This document shows positions 52,690 through 64,000 of a DNA stretch of 64,000 bases, in pieces (within the stretch, counting starts at the first letter, position 1; the number at the start of each line of letters is the position of its first letter). The position numbers and the translations under genes were made by a program. The notes under the pieces are model-generated. The model did not search any database, had not been told where the DNA came from, and saw only the letters and a list, made by a program, of their open reading frames with translations. This DNA is from Eledone cirrhosa (lineage: Eukaryota), in assembly GCA_964016885.1 (NCBI GenBank), contig OZ024742.1, forward strand, positions 169,136,001 to 169,200,000. Direction: 5' to 3'.

Positions 52690-54240
52690 AACAATCTCCA
52701 CCCTGTTTCAACATCCTCAGTTTGCTAGGGAGTTCTCTGAATTTGGATGCAATAGTATCTGCATACCTGGTCCTGAATTCATTATCCTCCAATGCTTCCC
52801 ACTTAATCCTGTAGGTCAACTTGGACCTGCCAGTTTGTGGGCTCCTTTGGCTTTAAGTAGTCTCAAATTGCAGATAACTTGATGGTGATCAGATGACAGT
52901 TCAGCCCTTCTCTTAACACAAACATCCAGTACAGATTGGTTGGAAGAGATCAGAGACAATAATAAAATCAATTATTGATCTCTGTCTCTGATTTCCCTTA
53001 TACCACATATATTTATGTATGTCTCTGTGCTGGAAGGAGGTGCTCATTGGAGAGAACAGAAGTCTAATAAGGCTTTTCCATTCATATTTAGATCGAGATC
53101 ACTGTTCCTTCCAATCACTCTTTCCATGTCAGGTGGTCAGTGCCACTATGTGCATTGAAGTCGCCCATTAGAGACTGCATTTCATCTAACTTGATTATTT
53201 CCCTAATTAGCTATGCTAGAACCCTTTTAGCAACTTTCATGATCTGGTCCATCAGCTTGATAACTCTAGTTACTTCTCTCTAGTGCAATCTCCCTTGCTC
53301 TTGTAGCAATTTACGATAATACTGCTGCACCAGTTGTTGGGTATGATACCATCCTTAACTAGTTGGTTAACTATGCATCTGACTAGCTCATATTCTACCA
53401 TGCCAGATGCTTTTAGCATCTCAGCAACTATACCAGATAGTCCAGCTGCTTGCTTTCCCTACCTTCATGTCCTTAATTCCTTTATCTATCATACTGTTGT
53501 CAACTTTCATATTTGCTCCTTCAGTAGAGTCTGCATGGGGTAGGCCTTTACTGTCCCATTTATTTTCCTCATTTAGCAGCCTTTCATAGTATGGTTTCCA
53601 TGCCTCTTTCTTTTTGGTGTCAGACAAGGCAAGTGCTCCATTATCATCTTGGACACAATTTTCCCCAACCACATCACTATTTTCTCAAGCATATTATCTT
53701 ACGATCCTGAACACTTCACATCTCTAATGTTCGCGATGCAGAACATATGCAAACTTCTTTTTCTGCCTTCCCCTTTGCTAGATATACTTAATGCCTGGCC
53801 TCCCTTCTAGCTATCTTGTATTGCTTTCTGTCTCCTCCCTTCCTCCAGGCTTGTCTTTTTGTTTTAATGACTTTTATTATCTTCTCATTCCACCACCAAG
53901 TCAGCTTCTTTCTTGGCAACACCTTGCTCTAGCAGCAAACATTGTGGCTTCAAAGTCTCAATTTTTCTCTATGTTATATGTCCCTAACTCTCCTTCCTTA
54001 CTGTCATAAGCATCAAGAAGGATTTCTCTAAATTTGTTACCTACTCAGCTTCCTCGCCTTCCTTCTCCAGACTGGCTTTTGTCTCTTGGTCCACCTAGCC
54101 TTTATTCTAAGGTCACTAACAACTAATCTATGTTGGGAGGCACATTCCTCCCCAGGGAAGGTCTTGGTATTTATGATCGTTTGTCTGTCTCGTTTCCTGG
54201 TGAGGATGAAATATATTTGGCATGCATGCCTCCCAATTGG
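52690..54240 (-). mobile_element. Old RTE LINE remnants (others at about 50960-51260 -, 55900-56120 +, 57070-57900 -)
   Basis: VGENCVQDDNGALAL..KKEAWK..YERLLNEEN and other motifs are homologous to families A/B, with many stops. Confidence 0.8.
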
Positions 54241-55116
54241 TAATCAGGTGGCTGACTGGTTGGTGATACTCAGGGGATTTACATGCACGTCAGGTTTTTT
54301 TGTATTTTGTATAGTATTGTTTGTCACACAGTAGCCAACAATCCTTCATTAAGTCTTTTGTTCCCTACTATTTCTGGTACAATATGTATACTATAGTCGA
54401 CAAATTTATGTGGGGGGCCATAGCCCTCACCCACCAAGTCAACATCACAAGGTGCGCTAGTGGGGGTTGGCGGGTGAATAATGGCATCCAAGACACACAA
54501 TAAAAATTGAGCTAGGCAATATTTAGGAAAATTAATTAACAAGTTTTATATACAATACTAATAATTTTTAGTTTTGCATTTCAAAGTTTTGTCAGCTACT
54601 TATTTTTATCTGCTGTACAAAAGGAACCTAAACATTTCATCTTTGCTCATACATTTCTACTAGGACAAGGATATGTGGGAGTAGGGCAAAGAATGAACAA
54701 GGAGAGGCTATGTGTTGGGATTTGTATATTTATAGTTAAATTTGTAAGGGTGTACATAAAAATTCTTTGGAATTTGTTGCGTTGGAAAATGAACAAGTGC
54801 GTTAGGGTTATGCTAAAAGAGAAGTACGATGAAAAATAATTTCACATTATATTTTACAAGCATCCATTTTGTTATAGAATAATATTTTATGCACAAACAA
54901 ATAACATTCGAGACGATATTTAGAGATATAATAATAATAATTTGTTATGGTAAAAATCCGCCCAAGCAATATTTAGAAGAATCAATAAGTTTTAGATACA
55001 ATACTAATCATTTTTAGTTTTACATTTAGAAGTTTTGTTGGCTATCTGCTGTACGAAAGGTATCTAAACATTTCATCTGTACAAATATATATTTCAAATT
55101 AATAGATATATGTATA

Positions 55117-55191
<75 letters not shown>

Positions 55192-55534
55192 CATTTGAGA
55201 AACACATAGTATTTTGTACACATATAAATCACATAATATTTAGGAAAGATACGTACTTCAAGGTGGAAAATGTTCTTCTTTCCCAATGGTACCATTTCAT
55301 AATTAAAAACACCATAACTAAAATCGATCTAAGTAATCGATTGTCGATCACCAACTAACAATTTTGGTAAAGTTACGAGAACTCATTACAGGAATTTACA
55401 TCTTTAAATAAAGTTCTCTCTCTGTATATACATATATCTATTAATTTGAATTATTGGACTTTTCTACTGAGAAACACAAGCATCATACAATCATACATAG
55501 TATATCTGTTGTGATACCCTAAATTTGCGTGTGT

Positions 55535-55890
55535 ATCATCATCATCATCACCGTTTTACGTCCGTTCTTCCACGCTAGCATGGGTTAGACGGGTTGTCCT
55601 GTTGTGGGCAGTGTCCAGTCGGCTGACCTTGTCTTGCTCATACGGGAACTGATTCTGGCTCGATTTCTACAACTGGATGCCCTTCCTAACACCAACCTCA
55701 TTTACAGTGAGTGCTGGGTGCTTTTTTTCCATGGCACCTCCACGACCACTTTGCAGTGGAATGATAGGGACCCCAGTATGAGCAAGGCATAGTCAGCCGA
55801 CCAGACACTGCCCACAACAGGACAACCCGTCTAACCCATGCTAGCGTGGAAGAACGGACGTAAAACGGTGATGATGATGATGATGATGAT
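55535..55890. mobile_element. Two RTE-type tails joined head-to-head, (CAT)n...(ATG)n, with ~105-bp inverted arms
   Basis: 55535-55643 is the reverse complement of 55776-55889. Confidence 0.85.
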
Positions 55891-58800
55891 ACAAAGTCTG
55901 AAGATAAATGAAGCAAGCATGCTTTGATAGATTTGCAATGCTATTGTGTGTGAATGTCAGAGCATGAATGAGCTGAGAGAAAACCTGGGTATAATCAAAA
56001 TCAGATGTAATGTGCAGTAGAGGAGATTGCATTTATATGGATATGTGGTGCATGTGAGTGATGATTGGTAGATGAACAAGTACCAAGGGATACGAGTAGA
56101 AGAGGGCTACAGTAGAGGGATAATAATTGTTTCTACTTTTGGCACAAGGCCAGCAATTACCCAGTACATTACTGGTACTTTACTTTATCGACCCCATAAG
56201 GATGAAAGGGAAAGTTAAACTCAGCAAGATTTGAACTCAGAATGGCAAGGGTCGTAACTCTATGCTTTAAAATATGGCGTCTGACCTTCTGCCGAGGGAT
56301 AATAATGATAATGATACATCATCATTGTCATCATCATCATCACATAACATACACTCTCCCTCCAAGCAAGATTTGAATGGATCTTCCTAAACAAAGTCAG
56401 TACTCAAGAAGAACTGCTGACCTCTCAGACAAGCCAGAATCCAACATCTCACATACATTAACACACGCAACCAAGTGCTCAGATATGCTGGGGGTGGGTC
56501 CTATGTCTTGATTACATACATATCTATGCTCTATCGAGGGAATTTTATCATGGTGATAACCCTTCCTATCGCCAACCACTTCACAGTGTACTGGGTGTGT
56601 TTATCATGTAGATCACACTACAGAGGTTGTGCTGTTAACACAACTAATGAGTACTCTTGACCATTTTTACCATGGTTTCTACAGTAGGATGCCTGACCTA
56701 TGGCGAATCTTGTTACAGGATCTATCGGCTGCAATTTTCATGGCACCAACACTAGAAAAGTTGCCAGTCATTAATACAATTCCGTTAGGGAAGGGAGTAC
56801 TATAAGTATGATGTCATGGATGTATGAGAGGTGTTGTGGGATTTTATTGTTTCATGAGTAAGTGGAGGATGACCTCTAATTCTGTGATGTTAGCAGCTAT
56901 TAAGGAGTAAAACATGAATGTGGTGGGCACATTCAGTGGTGGTGAGAAATAGCTACTAAGGAGCATGGGTGGGGTGAATGTGTACAGTGATGGCTAGGAT
57001 CACTATTAAGCCATAATATGCTGCTAGATAGGTCTTGTTGAGTTCAATATGTCACCAGTTTTAGTGGTCCTCTGTCATCTCAATTGTGACGGTCACCTTT
57101 TTAAAGTCAGTTTTCACTACTTAATCCCATGTCTTCCTGAGATTGCTTCTTCCATGAGTCCCAACCAGAGGTTTCTCTGTACTTTGCAGCTGTCATCCTC
57201 TATATGCATCACATATCCATACCAACATGGTCTTCTCTCTTGAACACTACATCCAATTCCCCTTATGCCAATTTTTTCTCTGTTTCAATAAGCTAAGTTG
57301 TTCTTGAACACTAACATTACACATCCATTGGAGCATACTTCTTTCATTCGTTTCCAGCCTTCACAGTTAAAGCCCATGTTTCACTGCCATGCAGCACTGC
57401 AGTTTACATGCAGGCGTTTAAGAGTTTACCCTCTACTCTCAGAGAGAATGCCTCCTTTGTTGTCAGCTGAGATATCAGCTTCCTAAACTTCCTCCAGCAT
57501 GTTCTTATCCTGGCTATCACAATTTCAGCACATCCTCCCTCACTGATGATTAGGTCACCTAGGTAACAAAAAGCTGTCAACAACTAACGAGCTTCCCTGG
57601 CAACTGAAGAAATCTATTTTATGTGTGCTTTTTGTGCATTTGCCATATACAAAATCTATTTTCTCTGATAATTTGCCTGTAATCCCACTACATCCCTTGT
57701 GTGTACATAGATTACACTGCATGCACCTTATGGAATTCCTGCTCATCCCATTTCAACATATTGAGCAAGGCCACTTGCCTGACCATGTCAGTTCCCAATC
57801 CTCTTTCTTCCTTATGAAGACTTTGATTTTGCTGAATTTACTTTTCAATCTTTCATCTATATGTTTTTCTTCCATGCTTAGAATTTTGCTTCTAACTCTC
57901 CTACAGATTCATCTACAGTTGGAAATAGAACCCCGTAGGTTGTCTAACAGGTATAATCTAAACAAAATGCACACATCTGCCACTTTCAATGAGCCCATGC
58001 TGACATAACAGGAGCTGCATAGCTCAACAATTTTTAGCCATTTAGTGTATTTGCTGAGGAATAGGGCTCTCCTGGCATGCATTATTATCTTATGGTCCTT
58101 GTCATTTATGGAATGGAATCAATCAGCAAAGTGTAGGGTCCTATCTAATAGGTCCCCGGAGATCAATGTGTAAAAATCTACAATGACCTATTGAAGAAAC
58201 TTAGTGTTGTACTTGTTATTGATAATATTAAAATGTTTGATAATCTTCCTACTATTAGCCCACTGTGTCAAGTTACTAGTCTTACTAATATTGTTAACAT
58301 GATTTTTGCTAAATATGCCAATTTCAGATGTAACAGAGTTTTCATGTTGTGGCTGTTGTTATTGTGGTTTAGCTCAGGTTCAGGTGTTGATTTCTTAAAA
58401 ATATAACTAACTATGGATGTACATAAGACCTATAAGAGAGGGATTCAGCAGGTGCACATGAATATCTAATGTGTACTGCCAGCTCCCCTCAAAATTCTTC
58501 TCAACACCATTGAATTTCAAGAGAATTCTCTCTCACTCCTCATGTGTGCTATATTGATCCACTATATCATAATCTAAATGAATCATTCCAGTAATGAAAA
58601 AAATGGCAATTTCTACATAACAATAAACTATGACATCACACTCAAATCAGACTAGTCTATTTATGGAACAAATTTATATGCCTTTATGTATATTTGTTCA
58701 TTTGTTGTTTATTTTTAAATATTGTTTTTTTGTATTTTTTCTTTTATCTTGGCATCTTTCGTGTTTCTTGCTTTAAATTATTTTCCACCCTTTTAATACC

Positions 58801-59078
58801 AACCCATCAGATACTGCTTATACTAAAGGGATTATATTTAAATCAAAGCTTCCATCAGAATCTCATTACATTGTCAACAATATCAAGAGATTTCAGTTAG
58901 TTAACATCAACATCATATTTATTCAAATATAAAGATACTGATATTTTACTAAAAACCTCCAAAATATTGATTACATTGAAAAATACTTGAAATATATAGG
59001 CAGTTTTCTCATTAGAAATATAGTCACGAAAGGATCAATAATACAAGAGCCTGTAAGTGTTGTCTTGTTGTTTTTAAT

Positions 59079-62000
59079 ATGACTTTGTTATTGTTGTTGT
59101 TGTTGGTAGGTCAACAGATAACATACTGTAGTGCTGTCGGAGAAATATCTTATGACAGTTTCAATATCAATGATACCATAGAAGTCAAAGCAGGTAACAG
59201 CACAATGGATGTAGAGATGAGTTGCTTGGAAGAGAAATTCTACAACCACTTGGTCAATAAAAAGCCTGTATATTATGAGAGCGGTCCCTGCAAGCAAACA
59301 TACTGCATTGTCCCAGAATCAAAGTATTTAACTGTCGTTCCTACCACAGGTGTAAAGTTGAAAATAGCTTGTACCAAAAGCTGCATAGAGTTAAAAGGGG
59401 TGTCAGGCAGTGTTAATTTAATGCAGTGTGCATCTAAAAATTTAAATCAGAAATCTATGTCTTTCCAATGCAGATTTTGTGACAAGGTAGTGAATTGTTC
59501 CACTCTTCAAAGTCATGTAAGTGACCATATAGTATTTGCTGTAGGCCAAGAGAATCAACACCTCTTTCTATCATCAAAGTTTCTTATGGAAGGATATCCA
59601 AAACTAATGACATTCCAACTGACTGTGAACCTCCGCAATAATAAAGAAATAAATGTCAATGAAGACAAATATGTATACAGCATACACATTCAAGTTCTGC
59701 CATACTTGTTTAGCAAACAGTGTAAAATATTTCCAAGGTTAGGTTTTGAAAACACAACTTTGTTTAATTTTTCTTGCAAAAACATGTCTCTATTCAGCGA
59801 AAAGGGAAATATTTTCTATAGTTTAAGTTACAGAAATGCAAAATCTTACATTAAAAAGAATGAGAAGCTAGGGAGAACATTAGAGGTTAGTTTCAAACTT
59901 CCACCTATACCAAAATATGAAACTGATATCAACTTATATGTGTACAGTGTTGAAAGCGGTAAGACCTGCTTACAAATTCTGTCATCATTTAGGTGCTCAG
60001 TGAGACCACCAATTGTTGACAAAATATTTAATGAAGAGATCGATAAAGTGCCAATGTCCGGCAATTCCAGTTACATTGTAAATTCTTTACTATCTCTCAC
60101 CTCCATCGTTAACAAATATAGCCAACGCATCATTGAGGCTCAATCCCACTATACACTAAAAGAGAATAAAAAAGGAAGGGAAAATTTAATCGAAAGCCGC
60201 ATAAAGCTACTGAAGAAAGTGTATAATTTACAGGTCAGAAAGGCACAAAAATTACCACACCTATCAACATTGTTGGATGAAATCACAAAGAATAACACAG
60301 AATTCAATGCTACTGGGAAGATACTCTATAGCAAAATTTACACCAATTTCATAAATGAGGTCAGGATAAACAACTCAAATTTGTCAAGTACTGAACTTAG
60401 CAAGCAAACTAAATACATTTTTAAGGGAATCAGCTACATGCTTAATAACTATGAGGAGACACCCACGTTTGAAAAGAAGCCTGCCGTTCTAAAGAATGTA
60501 GAAATATCGATAGAATCAGTGCATCAATTACTGTCTGTCATTGATAATATAACTGTTGCTTTTGCGGAAAAGCCGAAAGAGAATTTTGACAAGAAAATTC
60601 AGACAAAAAATGCTGTACTGGTAGTGTCTAAAGATAACACTGCTAAAGGTGACATTTGCAACAAATATTACACTTACTCTATGGAAACAGACCACAATTA
60701 CAGTATCCAAATTGAGTACAACTGTGCAAAACAAAATGACTCAAAGGCCGTGATGTTCAGTTTGTACGTATTAGCCAAAAATCCATATGCTCAAGTAGAC
60801 AAACTGAATCCAAATTACCCAGTAGTGTTAGTCAAGATCTACTCAACCGACTTGAAGCCCGCTATTATTGAAACACAATACGTCAAATTATCCAGTCCCA
60901 AAAATCCAGTGAACTTAGAATGGAAAAAATATGATCTAAGATTCAGACTTCGCCGTGAAGGAGATTCAACTTTTCCTGTTTATTCTAATAATTTCACGGT
61001 GCCAATGATCGGAGTGAATCCTTCTGCATCCAACAAGCATTACATATTTGTTAACCTCAAGAAGCCCTTCCCTATTGATGTGATTATACATGTAAGTCGA
61101 AAGCTGTCAATCCATCAGTTAGAATCAGGAGGCACCCAAAGGATAAGCAATACCAATGTAACCACTGAGAACTACATGAACTATACAGTGGTGGTGCCAA
61201 CTAGCTCAATCAAGGAGAGTATGTACTTCGTCATGATTCAACCAATCAAGAATTTAAGCAGCCTTCATAAGAGTCAGAAGCAGTGGAGGAAGACCCAAGA
61301 TGACACCAACACAAACATCGAAAACGAACACATAGAAATATCAATGGATGTTGGATTAGTGAGTAAGTCATGCGTGCAATGGAATGAGACAAGCAAAGCT
61401 TGGGAAAGGGAACCCGTTAAAATAAACGATACTGCTGATGTGCTCAACCAATCAATCACATGTCTTACTAAAGAAACCACCACAATATCAGGCACCTTCT
61501 TCGTCCCACCTAATCTTGTACATCCAATCAATGACGCTTATCTTTTTGCTGAGTTCTTCACAAATCCGATAATGTTTACAGTGTTACTATTTGCATGGGT
61601 AATCTACTTTGGACTGCTCCATCTGACGAGACGTCTCAACAAGCACAACATGGAAGCTAGTTGTGTGACTGTTCTCAGCAATGACTTGAGAGGCTATGTC
61701 TACCTTATCTGTATCAAGACAAAATGGTGGCCAGGGGCAGGTACCAGATCAAGGGTCTACCTGGTGCTTATGGGAGTCAATGTAAACAGTTCTGTGATTC
61801 AGCTCTGTAACTCATCCAAGCTGTGCTTCCAGTCAGGTGACAGGAACTGGTTCATCTTGACCACCGAAGATAGAATTGGCACTATAAAACAGATTCTGAT
61901 CTGGCACGACTGTTCAGGTTCAAGTCCAGACTGGCTGGTTGATTACATAACAGTGCAGGATTTACAAACTCAAGAGCTATGGGTTTTCATGATTTCTGAC

Positions 62001-63125
62001 TGGTTGTCTGCAAACAGAGGCCTCTTATCAACATATATCCTCATTGACCCCTTAACCACAGAACAACTAAAATCCTATTCGTATAAATTTTTCAAACTGG
62101 AACTCTTAGAATGTTTCCGAAAATCTCACCAATGGGTTAGCTATATTTTTGCTCCTCCCAGTTCTTTCACACGTGCTCAACGTCTCACATGTACCTTTGC
62201 CCTATTGCTGGCACTGATGCTGAGCAATGTCATGTTCCATGGTATCCCATCAGATGACCCCAACAAACAGCTGGAGCTTGGTAAACTAAAAGTATCTGTC
62301 ACATCTATAGTGATCTCCATTGAATCATCACTAATAATTATTCCGCTGGGGTTTCTCATCACCCAGATGTTTATACAGGTGAAAACAAAGTCAGAGGGCT
62401 TTGTTTTTGTCCAAGAAGCTAACATGAAAACAGCGAAATTGAAAGGAAAAGTTAACGAAGAGCATGAGGTGAAGAAAGCAAAGAGTGTGTCAATCCGTGA
62501 CAAAAAAGTCTATAATATGCTACAAAAAATAGTTAAAGATGACAGTAGCGGTAACGATCAAAACAATGAGAAAATAAAATATCAAAACAAAGACAAAGAA
62601 GCAGGTAAGGATTCGAAGAATAATACGGATGAAAATAGTGACAATGATGATGAGAAGACTATGAAAGAAATGAAAACTCCGAAAGACCAGAAAAATGGGA
62701 AAGAGAAGAAATATAAAAAGATTACACAAGTCCAGCTACCCAAAAGGTTGCTACCTTGGTGGTTTGTGTACATATCGTGGACCATCACACTGTTTTTCTG
62801 CCTCATTTGCACTTATTTCATCATGCTTTATGGTTTCAGATATGGCTATAGTGTGAGCTTACATTGGAGTGTGACTTTCTTGATATCCTTGCTGCAGTCA
62901 ATCTTCCTCGAGCAACCATTTGAGATCATTATCATGTCAATAACTGTTCAAATGAAGACAAGTTTCAGGGCAGAAATTTTCCACATGTCCATGGTTGATG
63001 AGAATGAGGACTTCCTCACATACATTCATGATAGGTGCTACTATGAAGAGAACCAAAGCGGTGTCATACATCTGCCTCCACTGGTGGACAACACAAGCAA
63101 GAAAGAGACAATGTCAAAGAAGTAG
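59079..63125 (+). CDS. Polycystin-1 family (PKD1L/PKDREJ-like) protein, uninterrupted ORF: signal peptide, REJ-like, GAIN/GPS, TM1, PLAT, TM2-5; no channel domain
   Basis: MTLLLLLLLVG signal; CKIFPRLG...T.FNFSC; SCVQWNE..KAW..ITCLT....SGTFFVPPN; YLICIKTKWWPGAGT.SRVY; IWHDCSGSSPDW; SSFTRAQRLTC; LPWW. AATAAA occurs at about 63187 and 63320. Confidence 0.9.
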   Translation: MTLLLLLLLVGQQITYCSAVGEISYDSFNINDTIEVKAGNSTMDVEMSCLEEKFYNHLVNKKPVYYESGPCKQTYCIVPESKYLTVVPTTGVKLKIACTKSCIELKGVSGSVNLMQCASKNLNQKSMSFQCRFCDKVVNCSTLQSHVSDHIVFAVGQENQHLFLSSKFLMEGYPKLMTFQLTVNLRNNKEINVNEDKYVYSIHIQVLPYLFSKQCKIFPRLGFENTTLFNFSCKNMSLFSEKGNIFYSLSYRNAKSYIKKNEKLGRTLEVSFKLPPIPKYETDINLYVYSVESGKTCLQILSSFRCSVRPPIVDKIFNEEIDKVPMSGNSSYIVNSLLSLTSIVNKYSQRIIEAQSHYTLKENKKGRENLIESRIKLLKKVYNLQVRKAQKLPHLSTLLDEITKNNTEFNATGKILYSKIYTNFINEVRINNSNLSSTELSKQTKYIFKGISYMLNNYEETPTFEKKPAVLKNVEISIESVHQLLSVIDNITVAFAEKPKENFDKKIQTKNAVLVVSKDNTAKGDICNKYYTYSMETDHNYSIQIEYNCAKQNDSKAVMFSLYVLAKNPYAQVDKLNPNYPVVLVKIYSTDLKPAIIETQYVKLSSPKNPVNLEWKKYDLRFRLRREGDSTFPVYSNNFTVPMIGVNPSASNKHYIFVNLKKPFPIDVIIHVSRKLSIHQLESGGTQRISNTNVTTENYMNYTVVVPTSSIKESMYFVMIQPIKNLSSLHKSQKQWRKTQDDTNTNIENEHIEISMDVGLVSKSCVQWNETSKAWEREPVKINDTADVLNQSITCLTKETTTISGTFFVPPNLVHPINDAYLFAEFFTNPIMFTVLLFAWVIYFGLLHLTRRLNKHNMEASCVTVLSNDLRGYVYLICIKTKWWPGAGTRSRVYLVLMGVNVNSSVIQLCNSSKLCFQSGDRNWFILTTEDRIGTIKQILIWHDCSGSSPDWLVDYITVQDLQTQELWVFMISDWLSANRGLLSTYILIDPLTTEQLKSYSYKFFKLELLECFRKSHQWVSYIFAPPSSFTRAQRLTCTFALLLALMLSNVMFHGIPSDDPNKQLELGKLKVSVTSIVISIESSLIIIPLGFLITQMFIQVKTKSEGFVFVQEANMKTAKLKGKVNEEHEVKKAKSVSIRDKKVYNMLQKIVKDDSSGNDQNNEKIKYQNKDKEAGKDSKNNTDENSDNDDEKTMKEMKTPKDQKNGKEKKYKKITQVQLPKRLLPWWFVYISWTITLFFCLICTYFIMLYGFRYGYSVSLHWSVTFLISLLQSIFLEQPFEIIIMSITVQMKTSFRAEIFHMSMVDENEDFLTYIHDRCYYEENQSGVIHLPPLVDNTSKKETMSKK

Positions 63126-64000
63126 GACCTAGAAGCAAACTTAGCTTATAATCAGAAACCAAACTTCAAGACAGAGAAACAAACTAAATAAACATAGACT
63201 TTTGTGGGGTCAGTACCTCTGCTTGTGAACTGATCTGTTCCGCTGATGACCTGTCCAACCCTTACTAACAAGAAAAGTGGACATTAAACAATGATGATGA
63301 TGTATTTCATTTTTTTTTCAATAAACTATAAAGAAACTCTTCTCTTACCAACCTGTCAAGATTATTTGATCTCTAAATATGTAATTTCATAAACTTGGTA
63401 ACAACGTTTCTAAATCATTTATTGACAAAACAGTTAAACATTATTTTAGACAGACCAACATATATAGCAACATCGTTTCTGTCAGCTTTCACTAAATATA
63501 TATTTCAATTGGAAGTTAGATGGTGTTTGGTCCAGAACTTTTCAAAATGCGATCTGGTAAAATACATCACACCAAAAATAGTAGGAAACACCTCCAGAAA
63601 TCTGGTGGAATCATTAGCTAATACTGATAAATACATTTATAAATACATATATTTATTTTTTTATTTATTTAATCAATGTAAACATCGGTATAGAGTTAGT
63701 AGTAAGCCATGTCAGACTAGAGGTCGTGTCCAGTACCCCTTACAGTTAAAAAACAAAACTAAGAGAGAGAGACTGGACTGTGAGAGAAAAAAGGAAGACT
63801 ACGATTGACAAAAGAAGCATAAATAAAGTATAAATAACATATCGGCAAACCTCCTGCTTTCATGTATGTGTCTGTGTGTGTTTGCATGTAAATATATTAT
63901 ATATATAATTATATATATATATTTCGTTTCTGAATTTGTTTAGCAAGATTCTTTATCTGAAATCTTGTGTTGAAACCGATATTGTTATACTTTGGGAGGG

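Noticed and set aside
54516-55078. Two diverged ~120-bp direct repeats
   Set aside because: No TG..CA ends, TSD, PBS or coding content are recognisable, so I cannot assign them.

Overview
AT-rich, repeat-saturated eukaryotic DNA. The tRNA-derived SINEs, RTE LINE tails and (TA)n/(CA)n tracts resemble those of octopod cephalopods, but this host assignment is my inference. Host genes: four phase-compatible minus-strand exons of a long-tailed class I myosin (MYO1E/F-like; TH1 end, Pro-rich TH2, first half of SH3; 43587-51888), and a 1348-codon uninterrupted polycystin-1-family ORF on the + strand (59079-63125) that stops just before the channel domain. The rest is nested mobile DNA: a decayed Gypsy, an L1/Tx1-like LINE, two RTE families with a PHD finger inside the RT, a mariner fragment, SINEs, a piggyBac-type MITE and many Penelope-like elements (PLEs). 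The most striking pattern is about eight fold-back insertions, mostly in or beside (TA)n, all with their 3' ends pointing outward. They carry type I hammerhead ribozyme (HHR) motifs that I folded by eye, some with recurring variant cores. They include non-coding 310-bp and 511-bp HHR tandem units (retrozyme-like) and a 2.6-kb near-perfect palindrome. A separate, apparently intact Neptune-type PLE has two ORFs joined by an in-phase T-TTT-TTA -1 slippery site. All alignments and folds were done by eye and element boundaries are approximate.
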